64,000 nucleotides of DNA from an uncultured delta proteobacterium (GCA_963737265.1 CAVTRY010000011.1:1120001-1184000), one strand, 5' to 3'; positions 1 to 20,638 are shown, numbered from the stretch's first letter. Program-made: numbers and translations. The notes: generated from the letters alone by a model not told the origin.

Positions 1-374
1 ACCTTCGCAGTCACGGACTTGGGCAATTTGAACACGATCGGGTGCGAATATCCGAGCGCGAACGTTATGGAATCTCCGGCCACTTCGGCGCGGTAGCCGA
101 CGCCGTTGATCTCCAGCTCGCGTTGCCAACCCTCCGTCACACCCTTCACCATGTTGGCGAGATGAGCACGCACGAGGCCGTGCTTGGAGCGGTTCTGTCG
201 CGAGTCGTCCTCGCGCGAGACGACCGCCTTGTCAGCCTCCACCTTGATGGACACGCCGGTCGGCATAGCCTTGGCCAGCTCCCCTTTCGGGCCCTTGACC
301 GCAAACTGCCCCGCCTTCTGAAGAACCGACACCCCCTTGGGAAGCGTCACGGGCTTACGTCCGATGCGTGACAT
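1..374 (-). CDS. rplF: 50S ribosomal protein L6, 5' part (runs off window)
   Basis: Manual translation MSRIGRKPV..., immediately after rpsH in spc order. Confidence 0.95.
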   Translation of the reverse strand, partial: MSRIGRKPVTLPKGVSVLQKAGQFAVKGPKGELAKAMPTGVSIKVEADKAVVSREDDSRQNRSKHGLVRAHLANMVKGVTEGWQRELEINGVGYRAEVAGDSITFALGYSHPIVFKLPKSVTAK

Positions 375-776
375 CTACCAAACCTCGCAAAGAAGCTCGC
401 CGCCGATACCGGCCTTGCGCGCGGCCCGGTCGGTCATGAGACCGTTTGACGTGGAGAGTATTGCAATCCCGAGCCCCGATCTAATCTTGGGAATCCGGTC
501 GCGTCCGACATACACGCGTTGCCCCGGGCGGGATCGTCGACGCAAGCCTGTGATTGCGTTCGAGCCCGGCTCTGGCCAGCGCAGACGAACGATCAATTCG
601 GCGTGGCCGTCGAAGCCAGGCCGAACATCGTGGCCCTGGATGTAGCCCTCTTCTTTCAGCACCTCGGCGATGCGGACCTTGAGCGTGGACGACGGGCAAA
701 CCACGTCACCCCGGCGGGCCATGATGGCGTTGCGAATTCGCGTGAGAAAATCAGCAATTGGATCGGTCATTGGCAT
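375..776 (-). CDS. rpsH: 30S ribosomal protein S8
   Basis: MTDPIADFLTRIRNA...GGELLCEVW. Confidence 0.98.
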   Translation of the reverse strand: MPMTDPIADFLTRIRNAIMARRGDVVCPSSTLKVRIAEVLKEEGYIQGHDVRPGFDGHAELIVRLRWPEPGSNAITGLRRRSRPGQRVYVGRDRIPKIRSGLGIAILSTSNGLMTDRAARKAGIGGELLCEVW

Positions 777-956
777 CTACCAGCTCGATTTGATGACCCC
801 GGGGATATCACCACGGAGAGAAAGCAATCTGAAACAAATACGGCACAGCTCGAATTTTCTGAGAAATCCACGCGACCGACCGCACTGTTTGCAGCGATTG
901 TGGTGCCGAACTCCGAACTTCGGGGTCTTGGGTAACATGTCGACAGTCTTCGCCAT
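777..956 (-). CDS. rpsN: 30S ribosomal protein S14, Zn-binding type
   Basis: Not in ORF track; manual translation [43 protein letters not shown]...GVIKSSW, 59 aa with two CxxC. Confidence 0.96.
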   Translation of the reverse strand: MAKTVDMLPKTPKFGVRHHNRCKQCGRSRGFLRKFELCRICFRLLSLRGDIPGVIKSSW

Positions 957-962
957 GATTCG

Positions 963-1706
963 CTAGCTCCTAAACGGCATTCCAAGGTGGCGCAACAAGG
1001 CGCGCCCCTGTTCGTCGCTGCGCGCGGTTGTCGTGATGGTTATGTTCATGCCTTTGGATTTTTCCAGCTTCTCGATGCTGGTTTCGGGGAAGATGTTTCC
1101 TTCGCGGATACCCATGGTGTAGTTACCGCGGCCATCGAACCCCTTGGGGGACACGCCCTTGAAATCGCGAACCCGCGGCAAGGCGAAGGAAATCAACCGA
1201 TCCAAGAATTCATACATGCCATCGCGCCGCAGCGTCACCATGGCGCCAATCTTCTGACCACCCTTGAGTTTGAAGGCAGCGATGGCCTTGGCCGACTTCG
1301 TCACGACCGGCCGCTGTCCCGTGATGGCAGCCAGATCCTCTACCCCGGAATCGAGAATCTTGGGGTTGGTGATTGCCTCGCCGAGCCCCATGTTGATGGT
1401 GACCTTGGTCAGGCGCGGGCACTGCATGACGTTTGTCAACCCAAGCTCCGTCATCAAGCGACCACGAACCTCAGTCTCGTAGATTTTGCGCAGGCGAGCT
1501 GGCTCGGTACGCTTGACCTTCTCAGTCGCGAGCGCTGACTTCTGTCCGCCGCCCTTGCCGAAATCCTTGCCCTTGCCGCCCTTGCCCGCGGCACGAGCTG
1601 CCTTCTTGGCGGCGGCTTCCGCCTCCTGCTCCGGAGTCAGCGTCGGCTTGCCGGCCTTGGGCGCCTTCTCGGTTGCCTTTTCGGCCTTCTCGTTCTCATC
1701 AGCCAT
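963..1706 (-). CDS. rplE: 50S ribosomal protein L5 with long N-terminal extension
   Basis: [22 protein letters not shown] motifs. Confidence 0.97.
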   Translation of the reverse strand: MADENEKAEKATEKAPKAGKPTLTPEQEAEAAAKKAARAAGKGGKGKDFGKGGGQKSALATEKVKRTEPARLRKIYETEVRGRLMTELGLTNVMQCPRLTKVTINMGLGEAITNPKILDSGVEDLAAITGQRPVVTKSAKAIAAFKLKGGQKIGAMVTLRRDGMYEFLDRLISFALPRVRDFKGVSPKGFDGRGNYTMGIREGNIFPETSIEKLEKSKGMNITITTTARSDEQGRALLRHLGMPFRS

Positions 1707-1733
1707 CTTGAGTGTTCCTTCTACCCGCGGACG

Positions 1734-2051
1734 CTACGTCGACTCGAACAGTGTTCCGCATTTCACACACACCCGGCGCTTCTTCTGCCCTTCCCGTATC
1801 TCCGCCTTCGCCCGCCTGCCAGCGCCGCACTTTCCACACCACAGCGCCACGTTGGCAACGGCGACCGACCCTTCCTTTTCGAGGATTCCACCGCGCTGGT
1901 TGGCCTGGCTCGGCTTGGTGTGCCGCTTGACCATGTTCACCCGCTCCACCACGAGGCGCTCTTTTTCAGTGACGACGCGCAGAACACGCCCGCGCTTGCC
2001 CTTCTCTTTTCCGGCGGTCACCACCACCGTATCGCCCTTGCGAACGTGCAT
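1734..2051 (-). CDS. rplX: 50S ribosomal protein L24
   Basis: KGDTVVVTAGKEKGKRG KOW motif. Confidence 0.97.
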   Translation of the reverse strand: MHVRKGDTVVVTAGKEKGKRGRVLRVVTEKERLVVERVNMVKRHTKPSQANQRGGILEKEGSVAVANVALWCGKCGAGRRAKAEIREGQKKRRVCVKCGTLFEST

Positions 2052-2419
2052 TACAAAACCTCCGGCGCGAGCGAGATGATTTTCATGAAGCGTTTGGCTC
2101 GTAGCTCGCGTGCCACGGGGCCAAAGATGCGCGTCCCGATGGGCTCGTTGTCCTTGTCGACCAACACGGCCGAATTCGAGTCAAAGCGGATGTAAGAGCC
2201 ATCCTGGCGCGAGACTTCCTTCTTCGTCCGCACGATAACGGCGCGGGCGACCTCGCCCTTCTTGACTTTGGAGTTGGCGATCGCTTCCTTGACGGACACC
2301 ACGATCACGTCCCCCAAGGATGCATATTTCCTCTTCGTGCCGCCGAGCACGCGGATGCACATGATTTTCTTGGCACCCGAATTGTCGGCTACATCGAGGG
2401 TTGTTGTCGTTTGGACCAT
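2051..2419 (-). CDS. rplN: 50S ribosomal protein L14
   Basis: VADNSGAK...IISLAPEVL. Confidence 0.98.
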   Translation of the reverse strand: MVQTTTTLDVADNSGAKKIMCIRVLGGTKRKYASLGDVIVVSVKEAIANSKVKKGEVARAVIVRTKKEVSRQDGSYIRFDSNSAVLVDKDNEPIGTRIFGPVARELRAKRFMKIISLAPEVL

Positions 2420-2461
2420 GTTGTGAACCTGCCGTCTCTGTTGTTCCTCAGCCAGGCCTGC

Positions 2462-2776
2462 CTAAACGTCCTGCGGCCGCTCCAGGAGGCGTTGCACGCG
2501 CCACCGCTTCTCGCGCGAGAGCGGGCGAGACTCGATGATTTCAACGCGGTCGCCAACGTGATACTCGTTCTTCTCGTCGTGCGCCTTGTACTTCGTTCGC
2601 CGGGTCATGTACTTCCCGTACTTCGAGTGGGCCAGGCGGCGCTCGACCACGACCACACGGGTCTTGTCCATTTTGTCGCCGATCACGACGCCAACCAGCT
2701 TGCGCTTCGTGCTCTGATCCCGCCCCGCCACGTCGGGCGTTGTGGCGGCTGCGGAGGGTGAGTATTCTTTCGCCAC
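2462..2776 (-). CDS. rpsQ: 30S ribosomal protein S17
   Basis: GVVIGDKMDKT...ESRPLSREKRW. Confidence 0.96.
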   Translation of the reverse strand: MAKEYSPSAAATTPDVAGRDQSTKRKLVGVVIGDKMDKTRVVVVERRLAHSKYGKYMTRRTKYKAHDEKNEYHVGDRVEIIESRPLSREKRWRVQRLLERPQDV

Positions 2777-2779
2777 GGT

Positions 2780-3010
2780 CTATTTCTCCTTGGCAGCCGT
2801 CACCGCCGCTACACGCGACTTCTCGGCAAGCACCGTACAAACACGGGCAATATCGCGACGGGTAGTCCGAATCACCATGGTGTTCTCAATCTGATTGGTG
2901 TTGTGCTTGAGGCGCTGTTGGAAGAGATCCTCCTGCAGCTTCCGCAAGGTTCGCTCCAACTCGGCGGTCTCGTTGCCGCGCAGGTCTTTTGCCTGAATCT
3001 TGCTCTTCAT
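2780..3010 (-). CDS. rpmC: 50S ribosomal protein L29
   Basis: Position and [15 protein letters not shown] motif. Confidence 0.93.
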   Translation of the reverse strand: MKSKIQAKDLRGNETAELERTLRKLQEDLFQQRLKHNTNQIENTMVIRTTRRDIARVCTVLAEKSRVAAVTAAKEK

Positions 3011-3423
3011 AGCACCTGCTCCCGTCCGATGACGCGCGTCCTAACCGACAGCTTGTGCTCGGCGAGGTGAAACGCCGCCTTGGCGAGATCGGAAGACACG
3101 CCTTCGAGCTCGTAGAGAACGCGACCTGGCCGCACGACCGCCACCCATTCTTCCGGAGCGCCCTTTCCCTTTCCCATGCGGGTTTCGGCCGGCTTCTTCG
3201 AAATCGGCTTGTCGGGAAAGATGCGAACGTACAGCTTTCCGCCGCGCTTCACGTGGCGCGAGATGGCGGTACGCGCCGCTTCGATCTGTCGCGCCGTCAC
3301 GAATCCACAGGTCAGCGCCTGCAATCCGAACTCGCCGAAGGCCACCACGGTGCCACCCTTGGAGACACCGCGCATCTTGCCCTTCTGCTGTTTGCGCCAC
3401 TTAACTCTATCTGGTGCTAGCAT
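3007..3423 (-). CDS. rplP: 50S ribosomal protein L16
   Basis: [22 protein letters not shown]. Confidence 0.98.
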   Translation of the reverse strand: MLAPDRVKWRKQQKGKMRGVSKGGTVVAFGEFGLQALTCGFVTARQIEAARTAISRHVKRGGKLYVRIFPDKPISKKPAETRMGKGKGAPEEWVAVVRPGRVLYELEGVSSDLAKAAFHLAEHKLSVRTRVIGREQVL

Positions 3424-3454
3424 GACTTCCTCTCGTCGCTGTCGCCGCTATCGA

Positions 3455-4102
3455 CTAGGCCAGACGGCCGGTCCGCTGGGGCAGGACCTCGCCTTTGAAG
3501 ATCCAGCACTTCACGCCAATGGCGCCGTACGTGGTGTGGGCCTCGGTCGTTCCGTATTCGATGTCGGCACGGAGGGTATGCAAGGGCACGCGGCCCTCGT
3601 GATACCATTCGTAGCGTGCCATTTCCGCGCCGCCGAGACGGCCCGAGCAGGCCAGGCGAATGCCCTTGGCGCCGAACTTCATGGCAGTCTGAACCGCCTT
3701 CTTCATGGCGCGACGAAAGGCCACGCGTCGCTCCAGCTGGGTCGCCACGTTCTCGGCAACCAACTGCGCGTTGGTCTCGGCCTTGCGAACTTCCTGGATG
3801 TTGAGAAAGACCTCGCTCGTCGTCAGCGCCTGGACTTCCTTCTTCAGGGTCTCCACGCCCGCGCCCCGCTTGCCGATGACGATGCCGGGACGCGCGGTGT
3901 AGATATTGATCTTCACCTTGTTCGCCGCCCGTTCCACCTCGACCGAGGCAACGCCGGCGTGTCCCAACTTCTCCTTCACGAATTTCTTGAGGCGCAGATC
4001 CTCATGCAGCCATTTCGCGAAGTCCTTCTCGGAATACCACTGCGACGACCATCCCCGGACGACGCCGAGGCGAAAGCCTATTGGATTGGTTTTCTGACCC
4101 AT
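3455..4102 (-). CDS. rpsC: 30S ribosomal protein S3
   Basis: [13 protein letters not shown]...[12 protein letters not shown]. Confidence 0.98.
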   Translation of the reverse strand: MGQKTNPIGFRLGVVRGWSSQWYSEKDFAKWLHEDLRLKKFVKEKLGHAGVASVEVERAANKVKINIYTARPGIVIGKRGAGVETLKKEVQALTTSEVFLNIQEVRKAETNAQLVAENVATQLERRVAFRRAMKKAVQTAMKFGAKGIRLACSGRLGGAEMARYEWYHEGRVPLHTLRADIEYGTTEAHTTYGAIGVKCWIFKGEVLPQRTGRLA

Positions 4103-4106
4103 CTGA

Positions 4107-4442
4107 TTACTCCTGCGACACGTCGACCACGATGGTCACGTTGGAGGTCCGTCGATTGATGCGATTGGCGCGACCCATGGAACGTGCCAGCCACCGTTTT
4201 TCGACCGGTCCGGGATCCACGGTAATCTTCGTCACCATGAGAGCGTCGGCGTCGGCCTTTTCATTGGTCGTCGCATTCGCGACCGCGGAGCCAAGGACCT
4301 TGCTCAACATCTTGGCAGCCTTGCGCTGCTGAAAATTCAGGATGGAGAACGCATCAGCCACCTGGCGCCCACGAATCATGTCCGCGACCATGCGCACCTT
4401 GCGGGGCGATTGACGAAATTTTCTCAACACTGCGTGTGCCAT
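4107..4442 (-). CDS. rplV: 50S ribosomal protein L22
   Basis: [16 protein letters not shown]; start placed at MAHAVLRK. Confidence 0.95.
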   Translation of the reverse strand: MAHAVLRKFRQSPRKVRMVADMIRGRQVADAFSILNFQQRKAAKMLSKVLGSAVANATTNEKADADALMVTKITVDPGPVEKRWLARSMGRANRINRRTSNVTIVVDVSQE

Positions 4443-4458
4443 GTGAGCTCTGCCTTCC

Positions 4459-4812
4459 CTACTTCTTTGCCGCCGACGCCGCCGGTGCGGCGGCCGCGGG
4501 CGCGGCACCGGGAGCAGCGCCCCCTGCCGACGATCCACCTGCCGCGGCTTTGCGATCACCCGAGTGAGACACGAAAGTTCGCGTCGGCGAAAATTCACCA
4601 AGCTTATGGCCAACCATGTTCTCGGTGATAAAAACCGGCAGGAACTTCCGGCCGTTGTGAACCGCAAAGGTGAGAGCGACCATCTCGGGCAGAATGGTCG
4701 ACCGACGCGACCAGGTCTTGATGACCTTCTTTGATTTTTGCTTCTGCATCTCGACCACCTTGGCCAAAAGGTGGTGATCCACGAAAGCGCCTTTCTTAAC
4801 AGAGCGAGCCAT
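4459..4812 (-). CDS. rpsS: 30S ribosomal protein S19 with Ala-rich tail
   Basis: [22 protein letters not shown]. Confidence 0.98.
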   Translation of the reverse strand: MARSVKKGAFVDHHLLAKVVEMQKQKSKKVIKTWSRRSTILPEMVALTFAVHNGRKFLPVFITENMVGHKLGEFSPTRTFVSHSGDRKAAAGGSSAGGAAPGAAPAAAAPAASAAKK

Positions 4813-4814
4813 GG

Positions 4815-5648
4815 CTAAGCCTTCTTTCCGCGGCGCTTGATGATCATGCGATCCGTCCTCTTGTTCTCACGCGTCTTGAGCCCCTTGGCCAACTGCCCCC
4901 AGGGCGAGCAAGGATGGCGACCACCCGACGATCGGCCTTCGCCGCCGCCCATGGGGTGATCCACCGGGTTCATCGTGACGCCACGGTTGTGGGGTCGGCG
5001 ACCAGCCCAGCGCGTACGACCGGCCTTGCCCCCCTGGACGCTGCTGTGCTCGACGTTGCCGAGCTGGCCAATGGTTGCGCGGCAGTCCAGGTGAACCTTG
5101 CGAACCTCGCCCGACGGCAGTCGAACCTGACCCCAATCCCCTTCTTTGGCCATCAGCTGCGCGCCATCGCCGGCCGACCGCACCAATTGGGCGCGTCCGG
5201 CAACGTGAAGGCTGACATTATGGATGGTGGTGCCAAGGGGAACATAGCGCAGCGGGAGGCTGTTTCCTGGCTTGATGTCCGCCTCGCGCGACGACACCAC
5301 CGTATCGCCGACCTTCAATCCGACCGGCCAAAGAATATAGCGCTTCTCGCCATCCGCGTAGTTGAGCAGAGCAAGCCGCGCGCTGCGGTTTGGATCGTAC
5401 TCGATGCTCGCGACCTTGGCCGGCACGCCAATCTTGTCGCGGCGAAAGTCGACAATGCGGAAACGCCTCTTGTGACCGCCGCCGCGAAAACGCGACGTGA
5501 TTCGGCCAAAGTGATTGCGTCCACCTGACGACGGCTCGGCCCTCGTCAGCGACTTGAGCGGCTCGTTCCCTTTGGTGAGCTCGGAGAAATCCGGCGCCAC
5601 TCTTCCCCGCACGCCAGGCGTGGTCGGGTTCATTGTACGAAGGCCCAT
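4815..5648 (-). CDS. rplB: 50S ribosomal protein L2
   Basis: [22 protein letters not shown]. Confidence 0.98.
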   Translation of the reverse strand: MGLRTMNPTTPGVRGRVAPDFSELTKGNEPLKSLTRAEPSSGGRNHFGRITSRFRGGGHKRRFRIVDFRRDKIGVPAKVASIEYDPNRSARLALLNYADGEKRYILWPVGLKVGDTVVSSREADIKPGNSLPLRYVPLGTTIHNVSLHVAGRAQLVRSAGDGAQLMAKEGDWGQVRLPSGEVRKVHLDCRATIGQLGNVEHSSVQGGKAGRTRWAGRRPHNRGVTMNPVDHPMGGGEGRSSGGRHPCSPWGQLAKGLKTRENKRTDRMIIKRRGKKA

Positions 5649-5651
5649 GTC

Positions 5652-5984
5652 CTAGACTCCTTCGAAGAATTCGATCTTCTGCCCAGGCGCAAGCGTCACC
5701 AGGGCACGTTTCCAATTGGGACGGCGACCGAGATAACGGCCGACGCGCTTCTGCTTGCCGCGAACGATAGCCGTCCGCACCTTGAGAACGTTCACGTTCC
5801 ACAGCTTCTCGACTGCGTGCTTGATCTCGATCTTGTTCGCGTCGCGCGCGACTTCGATGAGCAACTGCGGCGGGACCTGTTCGGGATCGCCGATGTCCTC
5901 TTCCGCTCGGCCGCCGGTATCCTTGAGGAAGGTGCCCTTCTCGGTGAGAAGCGGGCGCTTAATGATGGTTTCAGGAGAACGCAT
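5652..5984 (-). CDS. rplW: 50S ribosomal protein L23
   Basis: [10 protein letters not shown]...[14 protein letters not shown]. Confidence 0.96.
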   Translation of the reverse strand: MRSPETIIKRPLLTEKGTFLKDTGGRAEEDIGDPEQVPPQLLIEVARDANKIEIKHAVEKLWNVNVLKVRTAIVRGKQKRVGRYLGRRPNWKRALVTLAPGQKIEFFEGV

Positions 5985-5995
5985 GATGTGCCTCT

Positions 5996-6640
5996 TTACG
6001 CTACGCTGGCGTCGGTTTCAGCCCCAACGATGCGAGCCTCGACCGCCTTGATTGCGTCCTTCGCAATGACCAATCCCCCATGGTTGAGGATGTCGTAGAC
6101 ATTCAGACCTTCAGGCGGCAAACAATCGTGCGCCGTCAGATTGCGGATGGACTTGACGAGGTTATGGTTGCCCTTGGCGTCCACCACCAGTGCCGAGGCA
6201 AATCCGAGCGCCTTCAGCATGCCGGCGATGCGCTTTGACTTCGGCGCTTCGATGACGATCTTGTCAACAACGACCAACTTCTTCTCTTGGGCTCGCAACG
6301 ACAGTGCGGATGCCAGCGCCGCCCTCTTGACCTTCTTGGGCAAGGTGTATTCGTAACTGCGGGGATGGGGGCCGAAGACGACGCCGCCGCCGACAAAATT
6401 GGGCGATCGGATGGACCCCTGGCGTGCATTGCCGGTCCCCTTCTGCCGGTACGGTTTCTTGCCGCCGCCGCGGACGAACTTGCGCGTCTTGGTCGAATGC
6501 GTTCCCGCGCGCTTAGCAGCCTGCTGGGCCTTCACCGATTCCCAGAGCAACGGCTCTTTGACCTTGGTCGCGAAGACTTCGTCCGCGATTTCCATCTGGC
6601 CGACTTTGCGGCCATCAATATCTACGACATCGATCTGCAT
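5996..6640 (-). CDS. rplD: 50S ribosomal protein L4
   Basis: [19 protein letters not shown]. Confidence 0.98.
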   Translation of the reverse strand: MQIDVVDIDGRKVGQMEIADEVFATKVKEPLLWESVKAQQAAKRAGTHSTKTRKFVRGGGKKPYRQKGTGNARQGSIRSPNFVGGGVVFGPHPRSYEYTLPKKVKRAALASALSLRAQEKKLVVVDKIVIEAPKSKRIAGMLKALGFASALVVDAKGNHNLVKSIRNLTAHDCLPPEGLNVYDILNHGGLVIAKDAIKAVEARIVGAETDASVA

Positions 6641-6648
6641 GGCCGTCC

Positions 6649-6954
6649 TCAGGTCTTGATCTCGACGTCCACGCCCGCCGACAGGTCGAGCTTCATGAGG
6701 GCGTCCAGCGTCTGTTGCGTTGGATCCAAGATGTCAAGCAGCCGCTTATGCGTTCGAATCTCGAATTGCTCGCGCGACTTCTTGTCGACGTGGGGCGAGC
6801 GCAACACGCAGTATTTGTTGATCTTCGTCGGCAGCGGTATTGGACCAGCAACCTTGGCACCTGTCCGTTTGGCGGTGTCGACGATCTCGCCCGCCGATTG
6901 GTCAAGCAGGCGGTGGTCGTAGGCCTTTAGCCGTATTCTGATTTTGGGTGTCAC
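6649..6954 (-). CDS. rpsJ: 30S ribosomal protein S10
   Basis: [29 protein letters not shown]; GTG start after a G-rich SD. Confidence 0.97.
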   Translation of the reverse strand: MTPKIRIRLKAYDHRLLDQSAGEIVDTAKRTGAKVAGPIPLPTKINKYCVLRSPHVDKKSREQFEIRTHKRLLDILDPTQQTLDALMKLDLSAGVDVEIKT

Positions 6955-7000
6955 GTTGTGCCCCCTTTTACTTTGCTCTCTTGAACTCCGCCAGCGTTTC

Positions 7001-8197
7001 TTACGCAATAATCTTGGTAACGACGCCGGCGCCAACGGTCTTGCCGCCTTCGCGTATTGCGAAACGCAGACCCTCTTGGCACGCAATCGGTGTAATGAGC
7101 GTGATTTCCATGCTCACGTTGTCTCCAGGCATCACCATCTCCATCCCGTCGGGCAACTTCACGTCGCCAGTCACGTCCGTCGTCCGGAAGTAGAACTGCG
7201 GCCGGTATCCCTTGAAAAACGGCGTGTGCCGCCCGCCCTCTTCCTTCTTCAGAACGTAAACCTCTCCCATGAAGTTCTTGTGCGGCGTGATCGATCCCGG
7301 CTTCGCCAACACCTGACCACGCTCGATGTCTTCTCGCTTCGTTCCGCGCAACAGCGCCCCAACGTTGTCCCCCGCCCGACCTTCGTCCAGCAGCTTTCGG
7401 AACATTTCCACCCCGGTCACCGTCGTCTTCGCCGTGTCCTTGAACCCCACGATCTCAACTTCCTCTCCCACCTTGACGATCCCGCGCTCGATACGCCCGG
7501 TCACCACCGTTCCACGACCTGAAATCGTGAACACGTCTTCAATGGGCATCAGGAATGGCTTGTCCGTCTCTCGCTTCGGCTCCGGTATGAAACTGTCGAG
7601 TGCGTCCATCAGTTTCGCGATCGACCCTTCGCCGATTTCCGACGGATCCCCTTCCAGCGCCTTGAGCGCACTCCCGCGAATGATTGGCGTCGTGTCGCCG
7701 GGAAACTGGTACTTCGAAAGCAACTCCCGCAGCTCTAGCTCGACCAGGTCCATCAGCTCCGCGTCTTCCTTCGCCACCATGTCCACCTTGTTCAGGTACA
7801 CCACGATCGAAGGAACACCCACCTGCCGCGCCAACAGAATGTGCTCCCGCGTCTGCGGCATCGGTCCGTCCGGCGCCGACACCACCAACACCGCCCCGTC
7901 CATCTGCGCTGCGCCCGTGATCATGTTCTTGATGTAGTCCGCGTGCCCAGGGCAATCCACGTGCGCGTAGTGCCGCTTCTCCGTCGCGTATTCCACGTGC
8001 GCAATCGCGATCGTGATGCCCCGCTCTCGTTCTTCGGGCGCCTTGTCTATCTGGTCGTACGCCGTGAACGTCGCCAGGTTTCGCTTCGCCAGCGACTTCG
8101 TGATCGCCGCCGTCAGCGTCGTCTTGCCATGGTCCACGTGTCCGATCGTCCCTACGTTCAGGTGCGGCTTATTTCGTACGAATTTTTCTTTGGCCAT
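7001..8197 (-). CDS. tuf: Elongation factor Tu (str operon copy)
   Basis: [21 protein letters not shown]. Confidence 0.99.
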   Translation of the reverse strand: MAKEKFVRNKPHLNVGTIGHVDHGKTTLTAAITKSLAKRNLATFTAYDQIDKAPEERERGITIAIAHVEYATEKRHYAHVDCPGHADYIKNMITGAAQMDGAVLVVSAPDGPMPQTREHILLARQVGVPSIVVYLNKVDMVAKEDAELMDLVELELRELLSKYQFPGDTTPIIRGSALKALEGDPSEIGEGSIAKLMDALDSFIPEPKRETDKPFLMPIEDVFTISGRGTVVTGRIERGIVKVGEEVEIVGFKDTAKTTVTGVEMFRKLLDEGRAGDNVGALLRGTKREDIERGQVLAKPGSITPHKNFMGEVYVLKKEEGGRHTPFFKGYRPQFYFRTTDVTGDVKLPDGMEMVMPGDNVSMEITLITPIACQEGLRFAIREGGKTVGAGVVTKIIA

Positions 8198-8226
8198 GGT
8201 GCGTATCCTCCTACCGACGAAGCTGA

Positions 8227-10305
8227 TTACGAACTGCGCACGCGATTGGCAATGCCATCGACCACGTGGTTCGGAACTGCGGCAAAGCGCAGAAACTGCA
8301 TAGTGAACGTAGCCCGCCCCTGCGTCAACGAGCGAACATCCGTTGAGTAACCAAACATGCTGGAAAGTGGAACCTCGGCGCTGACCGCCTGCGCCCCGCC
8401 CCGCGGCTCGACGCCCACGATCCGGGCGCGCCTTGCCGAAAGGTTTCCGACCACGGCACCGACATACTGATCCGGCACAACAACATCGAGCGACATCAAG
8501 GGTTCAAGCAATACGGGGCCAGCCTGCGCAACTGCATCGGCGATCGCCTGCGCCGTGGCGATTTGGAAGGCCATCTCGTTCGAGTCTAGCGGATGGTAGG
8601 CGCCGTCAAGCAGCGTTACCACAGCGTCTTCAATTGGGTAGCCGCCGACAGAACCACGGGCCAGCGCGGTCCGCGCGCCCCGCTCCACTGCAATGACAAA
8701 TTCACGAGGCACTGCGCGCGTCGATGCCTGATTGTGAAAGACAAACCCAGAACGCTCGTCGCGCGGCTCAACGCGCAACTTCACTCGCGCGAAGAGCCCG
8801 CGCCCGCCGATCGAATGCTCAAAATGTCCCTCGGCTTCCGCCGATCGAGTAATGGCTTCGCGGTAGGCGACCTGGGGCCGTCCGATTGAGGCTTGCAGGT
8901 TGAATTCACGAATCAGACGGTCAACGATGATCTCAAGGTGCAATTCGCCCATGCCCGAAATCACGGTCTGTCCCGTCTCACCATCGGTCTTCAGACTAAA
9001 GGACGGATCCTCGACGGCTAATCTCTCCAGCGCCCTCAGCAGCTCTTGTTGCCCGGCACTTGTTTTGGCCTCGATAGCGACCGAGCAAGTCGGCTGAGGA
9101 AAATCGATAAGCTCAAGCGTGATGGGCGCGTCGACGTCACAAAGGGTGTCGCCGGTCGACGTCGTACGCAGCCCAACGGCCGCCGCGATGTTACCGCAGG
9201 TGACCTGGCGAATCTCTTCGCGCCGGTTGGCGTGCATGCGCAGAAGACGTCCGATTCGCTCGCGCTTGCCCTTGGTCGCGTTGAACACCGTGGCACCGGT
9301 AGCCACTCGCCCCGAATAGACGCGGAAATAGGTGAGCGGCTCCGAGACGACATCACCCATGATTTTGAAGGCGAGCGCGGAGAACGGCTCTTCGTTCGTC
9401 GCGCGGCGGGTGGCCGGCTGGCCATCCTGGGTGCGGCCGGTCACCGGCGGCATGTCAGCCGGCGACGGCAGATAGTCAACGACGGCGTCGAGCAGAGGCT
9501 GCACGCCCTTGTTTTTGAAAGCCGATCCCAGCAATACAGGGACTGCCTTGCCAGAAATAGTCGCTCGGCGAAGCGCGGCGCGAAGGTTCTTCGAGGAAAT
9601 CTCTGCGCCTTCGACGTAGAGCGCAAGAATCTCGTCATCCACCTCGCCCAGCGCCTCGATCATCGCCACCCGGGCATTTTTCGCCGCCTTTACCAAACTG
9701 GCAGGCACCTGCCGCTCCATGAAAACCGCGCCCGTCGTGTCGCCAACCCATTCGAGAACACGCATTTCGACCAGGTCCACGACGCCTGCAAACGAATCCT
9801 CAATGCCGAGTGGAATCTGCGTCAAGACGGGATGTGCCTTGATGCGATCGCGAATCTGATGCACGCAGCGCCACGGATCCGCTCCCGGCCGGTCGCACTT
9901 GTTGATGAATGCGATGCGCGGGACACTGTACTTGTCCGCCTGGCGCCAAACTGTTTCGGATTGCGGTTCCACGCCGCCGACTGCGCAGAAAACCGTCACC
10001 GCGCCATCGAGCACGCGCAGGCAACGCTCGACTTCGACGGTGAAATCGACGTGCCCAGGAGTGTCGATGATATTCACGCGATGGTCGCGCCAAAAGCAGG
10101 TCGTGGCGGCGGCGGTAATGCTGATGCCGCGCTCCTGTTCCTGTTCCATCCAGTCCATGACCGCGGTGCCGTCATGCACCTCACCTAAGGTCCGCGACAC
10201 GCCTGTGTAGAACAGGATACGCTCGGTAGTCGTGGTTTTCCCCGCATCGATATGCGCCATAATCCCGATATTCCGGGTATGATCTATGGGTACTTGCCGA
10301 GCCAC
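8227..10305 (-). CDS. fusA: Elongation factor G (divergent)
   Basis: [27 protein letters not shown]; between rpsG and tuf. Confidence 0.93.
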   Translation of the reverse strand: MARQVPIDHTRNIGIMAHIDAGKTTTTERILFYTGVSRTLGEVHDGTAVMDWMEQEQERGISITAAATTCFWRDHRVNIIDTPGHVDFTVEVERCLRVLDGAVTVFCAVGGVEPQSETVWRQADKYSVPRIAFINKCDRPGADPWRCVHQIRDRIKAHPVLTQIPLGIEDSFAGVVDLVEMRVLEWVGDTTGAVFMERQVPASLVKAAKNARVAMIEALGEVDDEILALYVEGAEISSKNLRAALRRATISGKAVPVLLGSAFKNKGVQPLLDAVVDYLPSPADMPPVTGRTQDGQPATRRATNEEPFSALAFKIMGDVVSEPLTYFRVYSGRVATGATVFNATKGKRERIGRLLRMHANRREEIRQVTCGNIAAAVGLRTTSTGDTLCDVDAPITLELIDFPQPTCSVAIEAKTSAGQQELLRALERLAVEDPSFSLKTDGETGQTVISGMGELHLEIIVDRLIREFNLQASIGRPQVAYREAITRSAEAEGHFEHSIGGRGLFARVKLRVEPRDERSGFVFHNQASTRAVPREFVIAVERGARTALARGSVGGYPIEDAVVTLLDGAYHPLDSNEMAFQIATAQAIADAVAQAGPVLLEPLMSLDVVVPDQYVGAVVGNLSARRARIVGVEPRGGAQAVSAEVPLSSMFGYSTDVRSLTQGRATFTMQFLRFAAVPNHVVDGIANRVRSS

Positions 10306-10540
10306 GATTTGTGTTTTTCTCCGCGCTCAAGTGGATCAATTGACGGGCTTCTCGCCCTCAGTTGACCACAGGGTCCGCGGTCCCTACTTACCTGGTCAAG
10401 AATTGGTCCAGGCCACTTCGGTCGGCTGGAAGGATTGGCAAAAGCAACTTACCTTTGCCAATCCCTTCAACGACCTATCGAGCCCGAATCTTCCCGCCGC
10501 TATTTGTTTCTTCCCTGTTCGCTGCCGATCCCTTGTTCTT

Positions 10541-11032
10541 CTACCAGCGGTAATGCGCGAACGCCTTGTTCGCTTCCGCCATCTTGTGCGTATCTTCGCG
10601 CTTCTTCACCGCGGATCCCTTGTTATTCGATGCATCCAGCAGCTCAGCCGCAAGCTTTTCGCGCATGGTGCGTCCGTCGGAGCGATCGCGCGCCGAATGG
10701 ATGAGCCAACGCATCCCGAGCGCCAACGCGCGATCCGGTCGAACATCGACGGGAACCTGGTAGGTCGCGCCACCAACGCGCCGTGACTTCACCTCAATTT
10801 TGGGCTGGACATTGGTCATCGCCTTGTCCCAGACCTTGACCGGATCATCGGCGGACTTTTCGGCCACCAAGTCGAAGGCGCCATACACGATCCCCTCGGC
10901 AATGGCCTTCTTGCCCGACTCCATGACGGTATTAACGAACTTGGTAATCCGCCGGCGAACGTCAACTGTCTGATCCGTAAACTTCGGATCCGGAAGTGGT
11001 TTGCGCTTGGGAACTTCACCTTTACGTGGCAT
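10541..11032 (-). CDS. rpsG: 30S ribosomal protein S7
   Basis: [24 protein letters not shown]. Confidence 0.98.
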   Translation of the reverse strand: MPRKGEVPKRKPLPDPKFTDQTVDVRRRITKFVNTVMESGKKAIAEGIVYGAFDLVAEKSADDPVKVWDKAMTNVQPKIEVKSRRVGGATYQVPVDVRPDRALALGMRWLIHSARDRSDGRTMREKLAAELLDASNNKGSAVKKREDTHKMAEANKAFAHYRW

Positions 11033-11074
11033 CTATCGACAACTCCGTGTGGGCAGCAAGTCCGTATTGGCCCG

Positions 11075-11446
11075 TTACTTGGGCCGCTTGGCCCCGTATT
11101 TAGAACGCCCCTGCCGGCGATTGCTAACGCCGGCCGTATCGAGGCTGCCGCGGATAACGTGATACCGGACACCTGGCAAATCCTTGACGCGACCGCCGCG
11201 AATCAGCACCACCGAGTGCTCTTGCAGGTTGTGTCCTTCGCCCGGGATGTAAGTGGTGACTTCCATCCCGTTGGTCAGGCGAACACGGGCGACCTTGCGC
11301 AAAGCCGAGTTCGGCTTCTTCGGCGTGGTCGTGTAGACACGCACACACACACCGCGGCGCTGGGGACAACCCTTGAGCGCGGGCGAATCGGTTTTCCGCC
11401 GCATGACTTGGCGGCCGAATTTTACGAGCTGATTGACTGTAGGCAT
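11075..11446 (-). CDS. rpsL: 30S ribosomal protein S12
   Basis: MPTVNQLV...[11 protein letters not shown]. Confidence 0.98.
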   Translation of the reverse strand: MPTVNQLVKFGRQVMRRKTDSPALKGCPQRRGVCVRVYTTTPKKPNSALRKVARVRLTNGMEVTTYIPGEGHNLQEHSVVLIRGGRVKDLPGVRYHVIRGSLDTAGVSNRRQGRSKYGAKRPK

Positions 11447-11530
11447 CTTTGTTTCTTCTTCGGGAAACAGACACTCCAGACTTTGGAATGCCGGCTCCAC
11501 CCGGCAATTACCAGGCCCGAGGAGTGGTGC

Positions 11531-11558
11531 ATTATAGGGATCGCGATCTCAATGTCAA
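11531..11558 (-). promoter_or_regulatory. sigma70-type promoter of the str operon
   Basis: Minus strand TTGACA-N16-TATAAT about 85 bp upstream of rpsL. Confidence 0.85.
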
Positions 11559-11613
11559 CGATAACTTCAGGTTTCTAACTGCCTGAATTTATGCGCCCTG
11601 GTAGCCGGCACGC

Positions 11614-15798
<4,185 letters not shown>

Positions 15799-15835
15799 AG
15801 CTGGTCACTCCCGTGGCGGATCGTCATCGATCAGT

Positions 15836-20050
<4,215 letters not shown>

Positions 20051-20185
20051 TTGCGTTCTCCCCTCGCCGTTAGTTATCTACGAACTCCAAACAGTCGAAT
20101 GCCGGAGGGCACCTAGGCGCCCCCGGCCACGACCGTTTCCGAATGTCGACTGATGTCGACTGTGTATTCTCAACTGTCGACGTGC

Positions 20186-20572
20186 CTACTTTATTTCAAC
20201 TTTCGCGCCCGCATCTTCGAGCTTCTTCTTGAAGCTCTCGGCGTCGGCCTTGGAGACGCCTTCCTTGACGTTCTTCGGGGCGCCGTCCACCAGGTCCTTG
20301 GCTTCCTTCAAACCGAGCTGGGTAAGCTCACGTACGGCCTTGATAACTTCGATCTTCTTGGCACCCGCCTCCTTGAGGACGACCGTGAACTCGGTCTGCT
20401 CCGCGGCGGCGGCGGCGCCACCAGCGGCGGGCGCTGCGCCCGCGGCAGCAACGGCAACGGGAGCCGCCTTGACGCCCCACTTATCCTCGAGCTCCCTGGT
20501 GAGGGAAGCGATGTCCATCACGGACAGCTGGGAAAGAAAATCAACAACTTGCTCCTTCGTCACATCGGCCAT
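20186..20572 (-). CDS. rplL: 50S ribosomal protein L7/L12
   Basis: [10 protein letters not shown]...[14 protein letters not shown]. Confidence 0.98.
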   Translation of the reverse strand: MADVTKEQVVDFLSQLSVMDIASLTRELEDKWGVKAAPVAVAAAGAAPAAGGAAAAAEQTEFTVVLKEAGAKKIEVIKAVRELTQLGLKEAKDLVDGAPKNVKEGVSKADAESFKKKLEDAGAKVEIK

Positions 20573-20638
20573 ATCAAGGTCTCCTTCTGGGTTTCAAAAT
20601 CGTGTTGGTGAAATTTCGCGGTCGGGTGCGGGCTCGGG

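Noticed and set aside
20144-20182. Three TGTCGAC motifs between rplL and rpoB
   Set aside because: Too short and irregular to assign as an operator or repeat.
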